64,000 nucleotides of DNA from an uncultured delta proteobacterium (GTDB lineage Bacteria; Desulfobacterota; Binatia; UBA9968). The notes beneath the pieces were generated by a model. The model ran no database searches. It was not told the DNA's origin and worked only from the letters and a program-made list of their open reading frames with translations. The translations under genes were made by a program, and so were the position numbers. Where the stretch lies: positions 213,426 through 277,425 of the forward strand of contig CAWDPO010000002.1 of assembly GCA_963804165.1 (NCBI GenBank), in the 5' to 3' direction. Shown in pieces: positions 52,633 through 64,000 of the stretch (position 1 is its first letter; each line of letters opens with the position of its first letter).

Positions 52633-54576
52633 TTATTGGCGCGCAAATAGGAGCAGCGAATTCGCGGGAATCGTGATGCGTGCGATTGCCGGCATGTTGT
52701 CTCGTTCTTCCCATTGAGCTTCAATGGCGCCGCCGTTGCCCGTGGGTTGATAATCGTCGTACGCATCGCTATTGAATACTTCCCCCCAGCGGCCGCCTAT
52801 AGGCCACGGTAGCTCATAGTTTTGAAACGTCTGGTCGTTCAGGCTTGTAACGACGACGACGTCCTGCCCACTTCCCTGAATCCACCGATGATAGGCGAGC
52901 ACGCGCGTCGGATTCCAGCAGTGTAGGACGTTGAGCCCGTCACCGCGTAGCGCTGGGTAATTCATGCGCGTACGGATGAGTTCTTCCATAAATCTGTGAA
53001 AATTCACCATTGCACGATCCGTTCCGGAATCGAGGCCATGCCACCATATGAGGCTACCGGGAGAGTTGTCTGGGTTGTCGCTCCAGCGTTTGTCCTCCAA
53101 AAACTCTTGTCCCATGAAGAGCATAGGGATACCCGGCGCGGTTAGCAGAAGAGCCGAGGCGACACGACTGCGGCTTACTGCCCACCAGCTGCGCGTTTGA
53201 TTCGGCGCCGCGAGTTGTGGTATGCGGTCCTCTTCTTTCTCGTGAACGAGATCGTGGTTTTCGATATGTTGCAGCGTTCGCCAGGCTTTTGGAAATCCTT
53301 CCGGCCAGAGAAATTTCGCAATTCTGTCGATATCGACCGGAGCGTTCATGCCGTAGGATGCTTGGCGTAGTGCGTCACGGATCGCACGCCGCAGCCCGTC
53401 GTGATAACAAACGTCAAAACCGGCATGACCCCGTTCGGTGCCGACCACCCATGGGTCAGGTCCCCCCCAAGGCCAATGTTCGGCGATCTGAACGGCTCTA
53501 GGCTTGACATGTCGTACGCTGCTCGTGACGTGCTGACACCATTCCCAACCTTTCGCAGGGTTCATTTCGATTATTTTAGTCGTTTCATCATAGCGAAGAC
53601 CATCGATGTGATACTCTTGGAGGAAAAATAGGGCGTTATCAATCAAGTATTGTCGGCAGGGCTCCTTCCAATCGATATCCCAGCAAGGCCCGTTGTGATC
53701 TTTATCCGACCAGAGATAACTCTCATGATCATGGTGCATGTTCCACTGCTCAAAGTTCCAAATGCTTTCGATCCCGTGTGGGCCAGGGATATCTTTATTG
53801 ACGTGGTTGTAAACGACGTCAAGCAGAACAGCTATGCCTCGCTTATGGCAGAGCTCCACAACTACTTTCAATTGGTGCGACATCACGCCAAGAAATGCCG
53901 GATCGACAGCGGGCAGTCCGGCGCGCCCGCGGAGCTCATTGACGAGAGGAACGTAGTTTGCCGACTCAATTTCGTCGATACAATAGTCCTGTTCAGGAGA
54001 AAAGATGTCCGCTCCTTCATAACCTAGACTTCTTTGGCTGGAAAACTCGACGATCGGTAGGAACAGCAATGCATTGACGCCTAGGGCGGCAAGATAATCA
54101 AGCCTACCGAGAACATCTAAGAACTTCGCAACCCGAGACTCGCGGCTAAGACCATCAAACGTACCGATGTGCAATTGATAGATAACCAAGTCGTGGAAAT
54201 ACGGCGGTTCATAACCAACGTCGTGCCAAATGAAAGTGTCCGGACGATGGACGATGCATTCAGAGTAAGGGTGTGGGGGATCCTTCGTAAGCTCGCGCGC
54301 CCACGGATCTCGCTTCCATTCCGGGCTAGGAAGCTGACCTTGAACGTAATACTTATAACGTTCACCCTCCCTGATGCCATCGATATATCCAACCCAATAC
54401 TCGCCATGCTCGTGCAGCCGCGTCGTATTATCGACTCCCCAACCGTTGAAGGTTCCTCGCACCCAAACGTTTTGTGCTCGTGGCGCGCGCACGCGAAACG
54501 TAACTCCGGCTCCGTCAAGTGTAACGTTTGCTCCCATCGGGAGCTGATCAGGATTGAGTGGAAACTGAACTGGCAT
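52633..54576 (-). CDS. GH13 alpha-amylase family / 1,4-alpha-glucan branching enzyme-like
   Basis: CBM48 N-terminus, IYQLHIGTF, LDVVYNH, HIDGLRYD, IAEH, ENHD, GIPMLFMGQE. Confidence 0.9.
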   Translation of the reverse strand: MPVQFPLNPDQLPMGANVTLDGAGVTFRVRAPRAQNVWVRGTFNGWGVDNTTRLHEHGEYWVGYIDGIREGERYKYYVQGQLPSPEWKRDPWARELTKDPPHPYSECIVHRPDTFIWHDVGYEPPYFHDLVIYQLHIGTFDGLSRESRVAKFLDVLGRLDYLAALGVNALLFLPIVEFSSQRSLGYEGADIFSPEQDYCIDEIESANYVPLVNELRGRAGLPAVDPAFLGVMSHQLKVVVELCHKRGIAVLLDVVYNHVNKDIPGPHGIESIWNFEQWNMHHDHESYLWSDKDHNGPCWDIDWKEPCRQYLIDNALFFLQEYHIDGLRYDETTKIIEMNPAKGWEWCQHVTSSVRHVKPRAVQIAEHWPWGGPDPWVVGTERGHAGFDVCYHDGLRRAIRDALRQASYGMNAPVDIDRIAKFLWPEGFPKAWRTLQHIENHDLVHEKEEDRIPQLAAPNQTRSWWAVSRSRVASALLLTAPGIPMLFMGQEFLEDKRWSDNPDNSPGSLIWWHGLDSGTDRAMVNFHRFMEELIRTRMNYPALRGDGLNVLHCWNPTRVLAYHRWIQGSGQDVVVVTSLNDQTFQNYELPWPIGGRWGEVFNSDAYDDYQPTGNGGAIEAQWEERDNMPAIARITIPANSLLLFARQ

Positions 54577-54577
54577 G

Positions 54578-54823
54578 TTATGCTCCTTCGATAGTGGCTT
54601 CTAACTTCGTATACCTGATTTCGGTTAACTGAGCGTTCTTTTCACCTTGGCCTCGGCCAACAAAGATAAATCCAGTAATCGCCCTGCCCAATGATTGGCT
54701 GGGCGGCAAACTCCCCTTATAATTTTCTGGTGGCGTCAACTGATTCATCGTAGGCGTGCAACTATCGATAATCATCGTCAGTGCGGTGAGGACCGAGATA
54801 GCCAGCAAACGTACGAACCTCAT
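54578..54823 (-). CDS. Small hypothetical lipoprotein-like ORF, possibly a fragment
   Basis: Hydrophobic N-terminus + SC. Confidence 0.35.
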   Translation of the reverse strand: MRFVRLLAISVLTALTMIIDSCTPTMNQLTPPENYKGSLPPSQSLGRAITGFIFVGRGQGEKNAQLTEIRYTKLEATIEGA

Positions 54824-54960
54824 GGATCACATCTCGTTTTCGCGACGGAGGAAAGAGTACAAACGAAGTAGTTTCATCGCTTCCGTGTCCAAGACACGGT
54901 CATTTCGGCCACTTGCAAGGATGTGGCAGATCGTGTCGTTTTGGACCGCATTGCTTTTAC

Positions 54961-55275
54961 TCAGTCGCTACCGTATCGTCGGCGTCGTTCCCGCTGGTAA
55001 TTAACTCTCTGTTTTAGAACTTCTTCTTTGCCTAGGGGGTCGTAATTGCAAGGCCCATAGAAGTCTACGATATCGCCCTCGCTCGATTCTTTAAGCACTG
55101 GCCGATCTGAAAAGAGCGTATTTTCCGAAATTGCCGGGAATTTCAAGTGGCAGTATGTGCCGGTTGCGTCAGGCACTTTGGAAATAAATTTTTCGGCCGC
55201 CACTGCGAAAGAAGTAATCGACAGTAGCATTTCGATGAACACCAGCACAGAGCAATGAGTTTTGAGGTGAGCCAT
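54961..55275 (-). CDS. Hypothetical secreted protein with a Cys pair
   Basis: GGAGG RBS, signal peptide, YCHLKFPAI..DFYGPC.YDPLG. Confidence 0.7.
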   Translation of the reverse strand: MAHLKTHCSVLVFIEMLLSITSFAVAAEKFISKVPDATGTYCHLKFPAISENTLFSDRPVLKESSEGDIVDFYGPCNYDPLGKEEVLKQRVNYQRERRRRYGSD

Positions 55276-56049
55276 AGGTCTTCCTCCGTGGAGTTTTTCT
55301 GTTTATCTTTCACGAGCACTTAGCGAATCACTCTGTCTGCCCGCGCCAGCACGTTCGGCGTAAAAGGACATATTTTTTCATTTTTTCCTCCGTGAGTCCC
55401 CGCGAAACCTCGTCCCTGAATCACAGTTTCTCGCTTCGAACCTTTCCCAGAGTTTTCTAGATGGAACGTTTATGAATTTTCTCAGCAACCGGCATGCCGG
55501 GTGAATAATCGGCTGGAAAAAGCTCTTTTTCTTTCTCCCTAGCCTTTTTGTAACGGACTACCGTATCCTCCAGTTGACAATAGTGTATTCTCCGGTTGCG
55601 TTGATGAAGTTGCGTAATTACCTAGCCATTAGGTAGGAGGATTAGATGAGCAGCTCCGACAAGACTCCCGTAGCTATCCAAGAACTTCTCGCCTCCAGCC
55701 TCGCCCAAACCGATGCGCTGGCGAAACTGCTCATCGAGCCACTGACGGCCCATCGCGGCATCGTAGATCACAGGCATCCGGTCGTGGATTGGTTTCATGA
55801 GCCCATTCGGTCGCGTTGTGATGATAGTGAAGCTGTAAAGCTGGCTTCCCGTGTCCCGGTCGAGTCAACAGTCCCACAGTCCAGGAAAGGCAAAAGGCTG
55901 ACGGGGTTTTTAGCTGAATCCGCATCGCGGTTTTGAGGCTCGCTAGAACCTAAAGCGAAAATGGCGGGCGTCTGTGATATCCGACTTAAAGCCTTATTGA
56001 TCGTGCTCGTTAAAAATCTGTTGACACGTTTACGCGAGCACGATACGGT

Positions 56050-58035
56050 TTGGTCTTTTCTGGCTTAACTTTCCTCAACAGATGCACCGGTGCGGCGGAG
56101 GTTCAGTTGGTATCGAGGCTCCGTAATCTTTTCACCCTATCCAAGGGTCGTGCCGATATTCAAAAACCGCCCTGGTTTTCCAAACGGATTCGAACGAAGA
56201 TCTCCGATTCGATCTCTACTCGCGCAAATTCTGCTGAAGCAATCCCGAACGTCGAACCGGTCGAGTTAACGATCGCGGCGCAGCACACACGCGATGAGAG
56301 TTCACGCCGGTATGAAGCTGGAGAAGTTATTATTCGAGAAAACGACGTTGGCGAAACGGCCTATGTCATCGCACAAGGGAAGGTTGAAGTAAGCAAGCAA
56401 CTAGACGGGCAAGAGGTCCACCTGGCTTACCTTGGAGCCGGAGAAACCTTTGGCGAAATGAGCATGATTGACGAGAAGCCGCGGAGCGCAACCGTGACCG
56501 CCGTTACGGAGACTTTAGTGAGTGAGATCCGGCGGGACGACTTTTTCAACAGCTTTCAGACAGAGCCCAAAGTGGCGCTCGAACTGTTGAAAGTTCCTTT
56601 TGACCGTTTGCGTGAGGCGGATGCCAGGATCTTGGTTGGGCATCTGAAGAGATCTCTTTTGAAAGCAAGAGTCGCAGCCGAAGTGGAACATGAGCAGCGT
56701 CTCCTAGCTGAGATTAAGCAAAGGAACGCCGAGCATGCAAAGGACAACGTCACCAACATTCTCGACGAACTCAAGCGATTCAATGAAGAACTAGAGAGAC
56801 GGGTGGCCCAGAGGACAGAGCAGTTGCAGCAAGCCAATGCAGCGCTTATCCGTGACATGGAGCAACGCAAAAAGCTCGAAAAGCAGCTTGTCCAGGCACA
56901 GAAGATGGAAAGCGTCGGCACATTGGCAGCCGGCATTGCCCATGATTTTAATAATCTTCTCAACATTTTTCAGGGATATGCTTTCATCTTGCGCGGTCAT
57001 TGTGAGCAGAATGAGGAGATGAAGGAAAGCCTTGTTGCCATCAACGACACCGTCCAACGCGGGTCTGCCCTCGTCCATCAACTATTGACGCTAGGCGGTA
57101 GAAGCCGGAGCATCGAATTGAAACCAGTCGATATCAATATTCTGGTGGAAAGACTAATCGTACTCATCAGACAAACGTTCCCCAAGACCATTGAGTTGGA
57201 TTACATACTCGAGACGGATATACCGCCGATAGCGGGGGACAAAAATCAAATCGAACAGGCACTGCTGAACCTTTGTGTTAACGCTCGTGATGCAATGGCA
57301 AATCGGGGAACACTGACGTTTAAAACTCGATCCGTTTCCGGCGCAACGTTGCAATATTTGGGCGAAAATTTAGAGGGGCAGTACGTGTGTATTGAGGTGA
57401 CAGATACCGGCGTGGGAATGGATGAGAGGGTTCGGACGAGAATCTTCGAGCCGTTCTTCACGACCAAAGATACGGGCCAGGGAACAGGCTTGGGACTTTC
57501 TGTCGTGTACGGCATCGTCAAGGACCACGACGGCTTTATCGATGTGGAGAGTAAGCCCATGGCCGGCACGTCTTTTCGATTGTACTTTCCGGCTCGATCT
57601 TCAGACGCCGCTCTCAAAGAACCGATTGCCAAAATCGATGCGCAATCAACGATGGTATCCAACAGCACTGCAACAGTTCTTGTCGTAGAAGATGAAGAGA
57701 GGATGCTCCATGCGTTGGGGAAAATACTCGCAAAACAAGGATACAAAGTCTTGAAGGCTTCCGACGGGGAGATGGCACTAGACACCTATGAGCGGCACAA
57801 AGAAACCATCGATGTCGTCCTGCTCGATATGGGTCTGCCGAAAATGTCGGGTCGAGATGTGTTACTTAGAATGAAAAATAGAAACCCAGATGTCAAAGTG
57901 GTTATCGCCAGCGGCCATTTTGAGGACGAGCTGAACTCAGACATTGATCAGGCCGGAGTTAAGCATTTGCTACGCAAACCCTACATGCCGGATGAAGTCA
58001 TCAAGATACTCCAAAGCCTAACCAAACGTAATTAG
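56050..58035 (+). CDS. Hybrid sensor histidine kinase/response regulator with N-terminal cNMP-binding domain (start uncertain)
   Basis: FGEMSMIDEKPRSATV; IAHDFNNLL, NLCVNARDAM, DTGVGM, FTTK..GTGLGL; receiver VEDE..LLDMGLP. Confidence 0.87.
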   Translation: MVFSGLTFLNRCTGAAEVQLVSRLRNLFTLSKGRADIQKPPWFSKRIRTKISDSISTRANSAEAIPNVEPVELTIAAQHTRDESSRRYEAGEVIIRENDVGETAYVIAQGKVEVSKQLDGQEVHLAYLGAGETFGEMSMIDEKPRSATVTAVTETLVSEIRRDDFFNSFQTEPKVALELLKVPFDRLREADARILVGHLKRSLLKARVAAEVEHEQRLLAEIKQRNAEHAKDNVTNILDELKRFNEELERRVAQRTEQLQQANAALIRDMEQRKKLEKQLVQAQKMESVGTLAAGIAHDFNNLLNIFQGYAFILRGHCEQNEEMKESLVAINDTVQRGSALVHQLLTLGGRSRSIELKPVDINILVERLIVLIRQTFPKTIELDYILETDIPPIAGDKNQIEQALLNLCVNARDAMANRGTLTFKTRSVSGATLQYLGENLEGQYVCIEVTDTGVGMDERVRTRIFEPFFTTKDTGQGTGLGLSVVYGIVKDHDGFIDVESKPMAGTSFRLYFPARSSDAALKEPIAKIDAQSTMVSNSTATVLVVEDEERMLHALGKILAKQGYKVLKASDGEMALDTYERHKETIDVVLLDMGLPKMSGRDVLLRMKNRNPDVKVVIASGHFEDELNSDIDQAGVKHLLRKPYMPDEVIKILQSLTKRN

Positions 58036-58310
58036 TTCATAAAAGGGCTCCTGAAAAAAGGCCTTGGGTCAAATACAGCGGATGGCCGACAACCGTTCCG
58101 ATGCTGGTGGTACCCAGGACCTTACGCGGGCCGGTTATCAAAGATCTAAATCCTATATTTCAGACTTTGACCGTGAGATAAATCAGGGCTCATCGGCGCA
58201 CTCGAATGAGAACATCCATCAGGGATAAAAACGCTACACATTAGGCGTACGTGAGAGTATTTGTTTGTGTGTTCTCCCTTAACGTTGGGACTCTTTTGAG
58301 GAGGAAACAT

Positions 58311-59811
58311 ATGAGTCGTACGCCATCTTTTCGGAACATCGCGCGTGCAATCAGGATCGCCCGCTATTGCGAAGAGAACAAAATCTCGGCGAGCGAAGGT
58401 CTGCAGCGCGCAGACGCCCTAGAGGCTGCATGGAGTATCAGCAGGCGTGAGTTTCTCGCAAACATGGGCAAGCTAGCCGCGGTTACCGGGATAGGCCCGG
58501 TCGCCTGGCCGCTACGGCACGCGTTGGCCGCTCCGTCGCGAGATCCGGACGTGAGAATTGCGATTGTGGGGGCCGGTCTGGCGGGGCTTGCCTGTGGTGA
58601 CGAGCTCAAAGAGAATGGCATTCATGCGACGCTGTACGATGCTAGCAATCGAGTCGGCGGCCGGTGTTTCTCGCTCGCCGGCTTCTTCCCCGGCCAGGTT
58701 GCCGAGCGCGGAGGCGAGTTCATTGACAACCTGCACAAGACCCTGCTCGGCTATGCCAAGCGCTTCAATCTAGCGCTTGAGGACGTTGAGAAAGCGCCGG
58801 GTGACGTTTTGTACTTTTTCAACGGACAACACTTTCCGGAGTCGGTAGTCGTCGACGAATTTCGGGATTTGGTCGCCGCCATGCGCGACGATTTGCGAAC
58901 GGTGGGCCAGCCAACGGCGGATAGCCACACAGACGCCGATGCGATACTCGACTTTACGAGCCTGCGTGAGTACCTTGAGACGCGTGGCGCAGGAAGCATT
59001 GCGAGCAAGGCCATCGAACAAGCCTACATCGCGGAATATGGGCTCGAGATCGACCAGCAGAGTTGTTTGAGCTTTCTGCTCTTCATCCATGCAGATCGGA
59101 GGTCCAAGTTTCGGCCTTTCGGTGTTTTCAGCGACGAGCGTTATCATGTCATTGGCGGCAACGAGCAGATCGTCGAGGGTCTCCGTAAGCGACTAGAGGG
59201 ACAAATCCAACTTGGGATGAGGCTCGTCAGCGCTAGCAAGAATGGCGTGGGCGAGATCGATCTCACCTTTGAGAACGGCTTTGGGACAGTCAGCAAGACC
59301 TTCGATGCCGTGACTTTTGCCATCCCATTCTCGATACTTCGCGAGGTGACGCTGGATGCGAGTCTCGGCCTCCCTGACTGGAAAAAATTCGCCATCAACA
59401 AACTCCGCTACGGCACCAATGCCAAGATGATGGTTGGCTTCGACGGCCGTCCATGGCTAGCCCAAGGAAGTAACGGCGGGTCTTACTCCGACCTTGCACA
59501 TCACCAAGCGACGTGGGAGACCAACCCCGCGAAGGCCACGGATGTGCACGCAGTGCTGACGGATTACTCGGGCGGCAAGCGCGGCGCCAACCTTAATCTT
59601 CAACCGGTTCAGGTTGAGGCGGAATCCTTCCTCGGGGACCTCAATCTTGTTTACCCGGGGGCATTGGCAGCGGCCTCGGGATCCGAGAAGAATCGTCGCG
59701 TTCACCTCGAACACTGGCCCTCGAATCCGTTCGTGAAGGGAAGCTACACGTGTAACCAGCCCGGATATTTCACAACTATCGCGGACAACGAGGCGAAACC
59801 GGTCGGCAACC
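58311..59811 (+). pseudogene. Flavin monoamine oxidase family protein, C-terminus lost at the junction
   Basis: SRREFL, IVGAGLAGL, RVGGRC, ERGGEFID, W..NP..KGSY; stops at KPVGN before the expected FAGEH/GxMEGA. Confidence 0.85.
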
Positions 59812-59814
59812 CGC

Positions 59815-60583
59815 GGGGTTGGTCGACCCGAACCGGTTCTTCACCGCCCGGAGCACCCGGTAGGCGTGATGCCGCTCGCCCTCGAAGTAGAGCACGTGTC
59901 CACGAGGTGCTCGAGGACGCGCGGCCGCGATCGCCCTCCTTCGTCACGTGGCCGACCAGGAACGTGCGCCACGCCCCGCGACTTGGCCAGCGTCATCAGC
60001 CGCGCGCCGCACTCGCGCACCTGGCTGACGCTCCCCGGCGCCGACTCGAGATCGGGCAGGAACATGGTCTGGATCGAGTCGACCACGATCGCCCGCGCGC
60101 GAGCGCGACCACGTGGGCCTCGATGGCCCGCAGGTCGGTCTCGGCCAGGAAATAGAGCGCGGGCGCGCCACGCCAGCCGGTCCGCGCGCATCTTAATCTG
60201 CCCCGCCGACTCCTCGCCCGAGACGTAGAGCACCGGCCCCATGCGCTCGGCCAGGGCCTGGCTCGCCTCGAGGAGGAGCGTGGACTTGCCGACGCCGGGA
60301 TCGCCGCCGACCAGCACCAGCGAGCCCCTGACGACGCCGCCCCCGAGCACGCGATCGAGTTCGGCGACCCGGTCGACGCGCGCTCGCCCTCCTCGACCTG
60401 GATCTCGCCGACGGCAGCGGGCGCTGGCTCTCGGGAGCGCGGGCCGGTCGGAGCGCGAGGCGCGGACGCGCTCCTCGACGAGAGCCACGTAATTGCCCTG
60501 GCGCGCGCAGTCCGGGCACGTCCCCGGCTTGGGCGACGGAAGCCGCAGGTCTGGCAGCGATAGACCCCGCGCTCGCGCGGCAC
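59815..60583 (-). pseudogene. radA: DNA repair protein RadA/Sms, N-terminal part, frameshifted and truncated
   Basis: [54 protein letters not shown]. Confidence 0.88.
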
Positions 60584-60585
60584 GG

Positions 60586-61903
60586 TCAGCGACTCCCGGG
60601 CGCGCGGCGCTCGTCGACGCGGCCCCGCGCGCGAGCCGTCGCCGCCGCTCTCGGCCGCCGCGCCGCCCGCCGATGCTCGACCGATCAGCGCGCGCAGCAG
60701 GAAACTCCGCTGCGCGCCATCGAGGAAGGCGGCGAGGTTCTCGTAGACCGTCGGGTCCTCCAGGAGGCCGCCGAGCGTGCCCTCGCCCGCGCGCAGGCGC
60801 TCGGTGATGACGCGGAGGTTGGCCATCGCCGCCGCGAAGTCGGCACCGGTCTGCCGCCCTCGGCCCGGTGCCCGCGCCGATCCGTCGCTCAGAAGGCGCC
60901 GAGGAGCCCGCGCCCCGCACCACGCGCTCGGACACGTCGCGGAAGTTCCTGGCGACGACCTGCAGGTCGCCGCGCACCTCCTTGTACTCGGGTCGTAGAG
61001 AAGCGCCGACAGGAGCCCCTCCTCGCCGCGTCGCCTTCTCGCGACCCGCGGCCGAGCGCCTCCATCGCCGCGATCGAGCGAGCGCGCGCCCCGGGCGCTC
61101 TCCGGCGCAGCAGGACACCGACGGCGCTCTGGCCGTCGCGCGTGCGGGCGAGGCGTCTCCTGCGCCGACGCGAGCAGCCCGTTGAGGCGACGGAGCGTCT
61201 CCGGCTCGTCGTAGACGAGCGCGTGGAGCAGGCCCTTGCCCGTCTCGACCTCCTCGGCGATGCGCCGGACCGAGCGCGCCGCCGCCGAGACGTCGCTAGC
61301 GCGCCGCCCTTGCCCATGGCGTCGAGCTGCTCGGCCAGGCGGCGGGCCGACTTCAGCGCGGCGCCGAGGTCGTCGAACGCCCCGCCGCGCTCGAGCCGGT
61401 CGACCGCGCCCTGGAGCGAGCCCGCGAGCCGGTCGCACCGAGGCCAGCGCCGCCGCACCCTCGCTGAAGACGCGGCGGATCTCGAACGGCTCGTCGCTCG
61501 CGATCGCGTCACCCGGCTTGAGCGGGGGCTGGCCCGGCGAGCCCTGGGTGATCTCGACGAGCCGGTCACCGAGCAGGCCCTGGGTGACGATGCGGGCGCG
61601 CGAGTCCTTGCGGATGCGCTCCGAGAAGCGCCGCGCCACCGTGAGGGTCACCCTCACCTTGCCCCCGACCTCGGGCGCGAGCACGACGTCGGTGACCCGG
61701 CCGATCTGCACGCCGGCCAGCCGCACCGTCGCCCCCTCGATCAGCCCGCCGACCTCGGGGAACTCCGCGAAGATGTCGTACTTGCGCTCGAAGTACCGGG
61801 CCTGGGATCCGAGCAGGTAGATGAGGCCCAGCGCGGCGCCGAGCGCGATCATGACGAACACGCCGATCCGAATCTGGAGCGCGAGGGTGCCGGCGTCGGC
61901 CAC
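60586..61903 (-). CDS. mlaD: MlaD/MCE family protein (multiple frameshifts)
   Basis: [55 protein letters not shown]. Confidence 0.82.
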
Positions 61904-61908
61904 GGCGG

Positions 61909-62669
61909 TCAGCCCTCCCTGAGCTCGCCGGCGAGGAACTTCCGCACCGCCTCGGTTGGTCGAGGCGTGCACTCGGCGGGCGTGCCGGTCTCGGCGAACC
62001 GGCCTTCGTGGAGGATGGCCATGCGGTCGGCGACCATGTCGGCGAACTCGATGTCGTGGGTCACCACGATCGCGGTGTCGCACACGCCCGTGGCGGAGCT
62101 GGGCGATCAGCTCCGCCACCAGCCGCGCGTTCGTCGGATCCAGGCCCGCGGTCGGCTCGTCGAAGAACACGACCTCGGGCTCCATCACCAGCGCCCGCGC
62201 GATGCCCACGCGCCTGCGCATGCCCCCCGACAGCTCGGCGGGCAGGAGGTCGTCGGTGCCCGGGCAGGCCGACAAGGCCGAGGAAGCCGGTGCACGCGGT
62301 CGGTGATCTCGCCCAGCGACGCCTCGTGTGCTCGCGCAACGGGAACGCCACGTTCTCGAACACCGACATCGAGTCGAACAGGGCCGCGCCCTGGAACACG
62401 AAGCCGGCCCGCCGGCGCAGCGGCAGCATCTGCTCCTCGCGCAGCGAGTCGATCCGCGTGCCGAACAGCGACACCTGCCCGGCGTCCGGGTACACGAGCC
62501 CGTCGATGATCCGCAGCAGCACCGTCTTGCCGGTGCCGCTGCCGCCCATGATCGCCAGCGTGGTGCCCTTCTCGAGGTCGACGCTCACGCCGCGGAGCAC
62601 GTGCTTGTCCTCGAAGGACTTGCGCACGTCGCGCACCTGGACGACGAGGCGCGGGGGACACCGCGTCAC
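61909..62669 (-). CDS. mlaF: MlaF-type ABC ATP-binding protein (frameshifted)
   Basis: [38 protein letters not shown]. Confidence 0.85.
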
Positions 62670-63463
62670 CAGAACAGGAAGAAGAACAGCTTGGTCAGGA
62701 AGAAGTCCGAGACGATCACCGCCATCGCCACCTGTACCACGGTGTCCGTGGTCGAGCGCCGAGGCCCTCGGTGCCGCCCGAGGTCTCCAGGCCGTTGTAG
62801 CAACCGATCAGGGTCACGAGCCGCCGAACACCACGCTCTTGGCGATCCCGGTCGCGAAGTCGCGGATCACCACCCAGTAGGCGATCGTGTTCCAGTACAG
62901 GTAGGCGTCGACGTCGCGCTCGAACACCACCACCAGCATCCCCCGATCAGCCCGACCACGTCGGCCAGATGGTCACGAGCGGGAACACGAGGAGCGCGGC
63001 CAGGATCCGCGGCACGACGAGCTTCTTCAGGTAGTTGACGCCGAGCGCCCGCAGCGCGTCGATCTGCTCGGTGACCTGCATCGAGCCCAGCTCGGCGGTG
63101 ATGCCGGAGGCGACCTTGCCGCCGACAGGATCGCGGTCAGCACCGGCCCCAGCTCGCGCAGGATCGACAGCGCCACCACCGGCCCCACGTAGCCCTCGGC
63201 CCCGAAGCGGGCCATGTTCACCGCGGTCTGGAGCGCGAGCACCATGCCGGTGAAGAGCGCGGCCACGAGCGCGACCGCGGTCGATCGGACCCCGATGATG
63301 TCGATCTGCCGGGCCACGAGCTCGAGGTACGAGGGCGGCAGCGCGAGGTTCCGCGCGACCTGGACGTGAGCAGCGCGAGGCCGCCGTACCACGCGACGGC
63401 GTCGCGGGCGGCCCCGCGCAGCGCGGGCGCGAGCGTCCGCGGCTCCACCGCGAGGCTCTGCAC
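62666..63463 (-). CDS. mlaE: MlaE-type ABC permease (frameshifted)
   Basis: [44 protein letters not shown]. Confidence 0.85.
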
Positions 63464-63969
63464 GAGCGCCGGAACGCCGGCGCCCCGCGGGGAACGCCGG
63501 CGGCGGCGCCACGTAGAGGAAGTCGTAGACGCAGCGCGCGTCGCTGAGCGACCACCACCTCGACCATGACGCCCATGCCGTCGCGCTCGCCCGGGCACGG
63601 GCGGAGTCCTTCCGCGCCCCGACCCGCACCGGCTCGGCGCGCCTCGAGGCGACCGGCGGTGGGCGAGGCCGAAGGAGAGGGAGCGGACCAGGAGCGCGGA
63701 GGGAGCGGCGTCGCGGCGCGGGCCGCAGGTGGCGGCGACCATCATGCCCGCCGGCGGGGCTCGCCCGGCTCAGGGCGAGGTCGGCCGCGCCGCGGCTCCC
63801 GGTCGACCCGCCACCCCGTCGGCGGGAACGTGACCCGGTAGCCCTTGGCCGAGTGGAACACGCCGCGCTCGATCGAGCCCGTGGCGCAGCCGGCCAGCAT
63901 CGCGAGCCCGCCGAGCAGCGCCGCCGATCCGAGCCGCGCGCGGAGCGCGCGGAGCTCAGCCCGCGGCAT
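63460..63969 (-). CDS. Hypothetical lipoprotein (frameshifted)
   Basis: LAGC lipobox, [10 protein letters not shown]. Confidence 0.5.
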
Positions 63970-64000
63970 CGCGGCGACCGGGGACGCCGTGGCGCCGGGC

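Noticed and set aside
58251-60155. 634-aa amine oxidase with a novel C-terminal domain
   Set aside because: The tail is antisense radA read through the chimeric junction.
1-64000. tRNA/rRNA genes, prophage, reverse transcriptase/DGR
   Set aside because: No recognisable signatures by eye; covariance-model searches were not possible.

Overview
Bacterial sequence. Gene content (many orphan NMT1/THI5-type solute-binding proteins, amidohydrolases, UbiD, LLM, Mo-hydroxylases) suggests a Binatia/Deltaproteobacteria-like soil lineage; this is inference, not a database result. Many single-base frameshifts suggest unpolished long-read data. 1-25.8 kb: aromatic/heterocycle catabolism-type cluster (2 UbiD, PhtD-like protein, xanthine-dehydrogenase-family S/M/L/L subunits, heme-oxygenase-like diiron enzyme, gentisate-type cupin, HCCA isomerase, ComDE-like pair, LLM, asparaginase), with many REP-like hairpins and a CTAG-flanked MITE. 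25.8-39.2 kb: accessory mosaic (insertion bounded by a 132-bp duplication of the asparaginase 3' end, IR-flanked RAYT transposases, IS1182-like pseudogene, USP, SGNH hydrolase, truncated SNF2 helicase). 39.3-51.2 kb: the most striking feature, a co-oriented array of toxin-antitoxin and other small gene cassettes. Each abuts a conserved ~42-bp palindromic site (10 full copies plus 1 half copy, with compensatory changes) that is neither a CRISPR repeat nor a canonical attC. The array is interleaved with four-helix-bundle-associated simple repeats and bounded by a 51-bp promoter-like direct repeat. 52-59.8 kb: GH13 enzyme, hybrid kinase, truncated flavin amine oxidase. After ~59,811 the sequence becomes much more GC-rich and heavily frameshifted (radA-mlaDFE), most likely a chimeric join.
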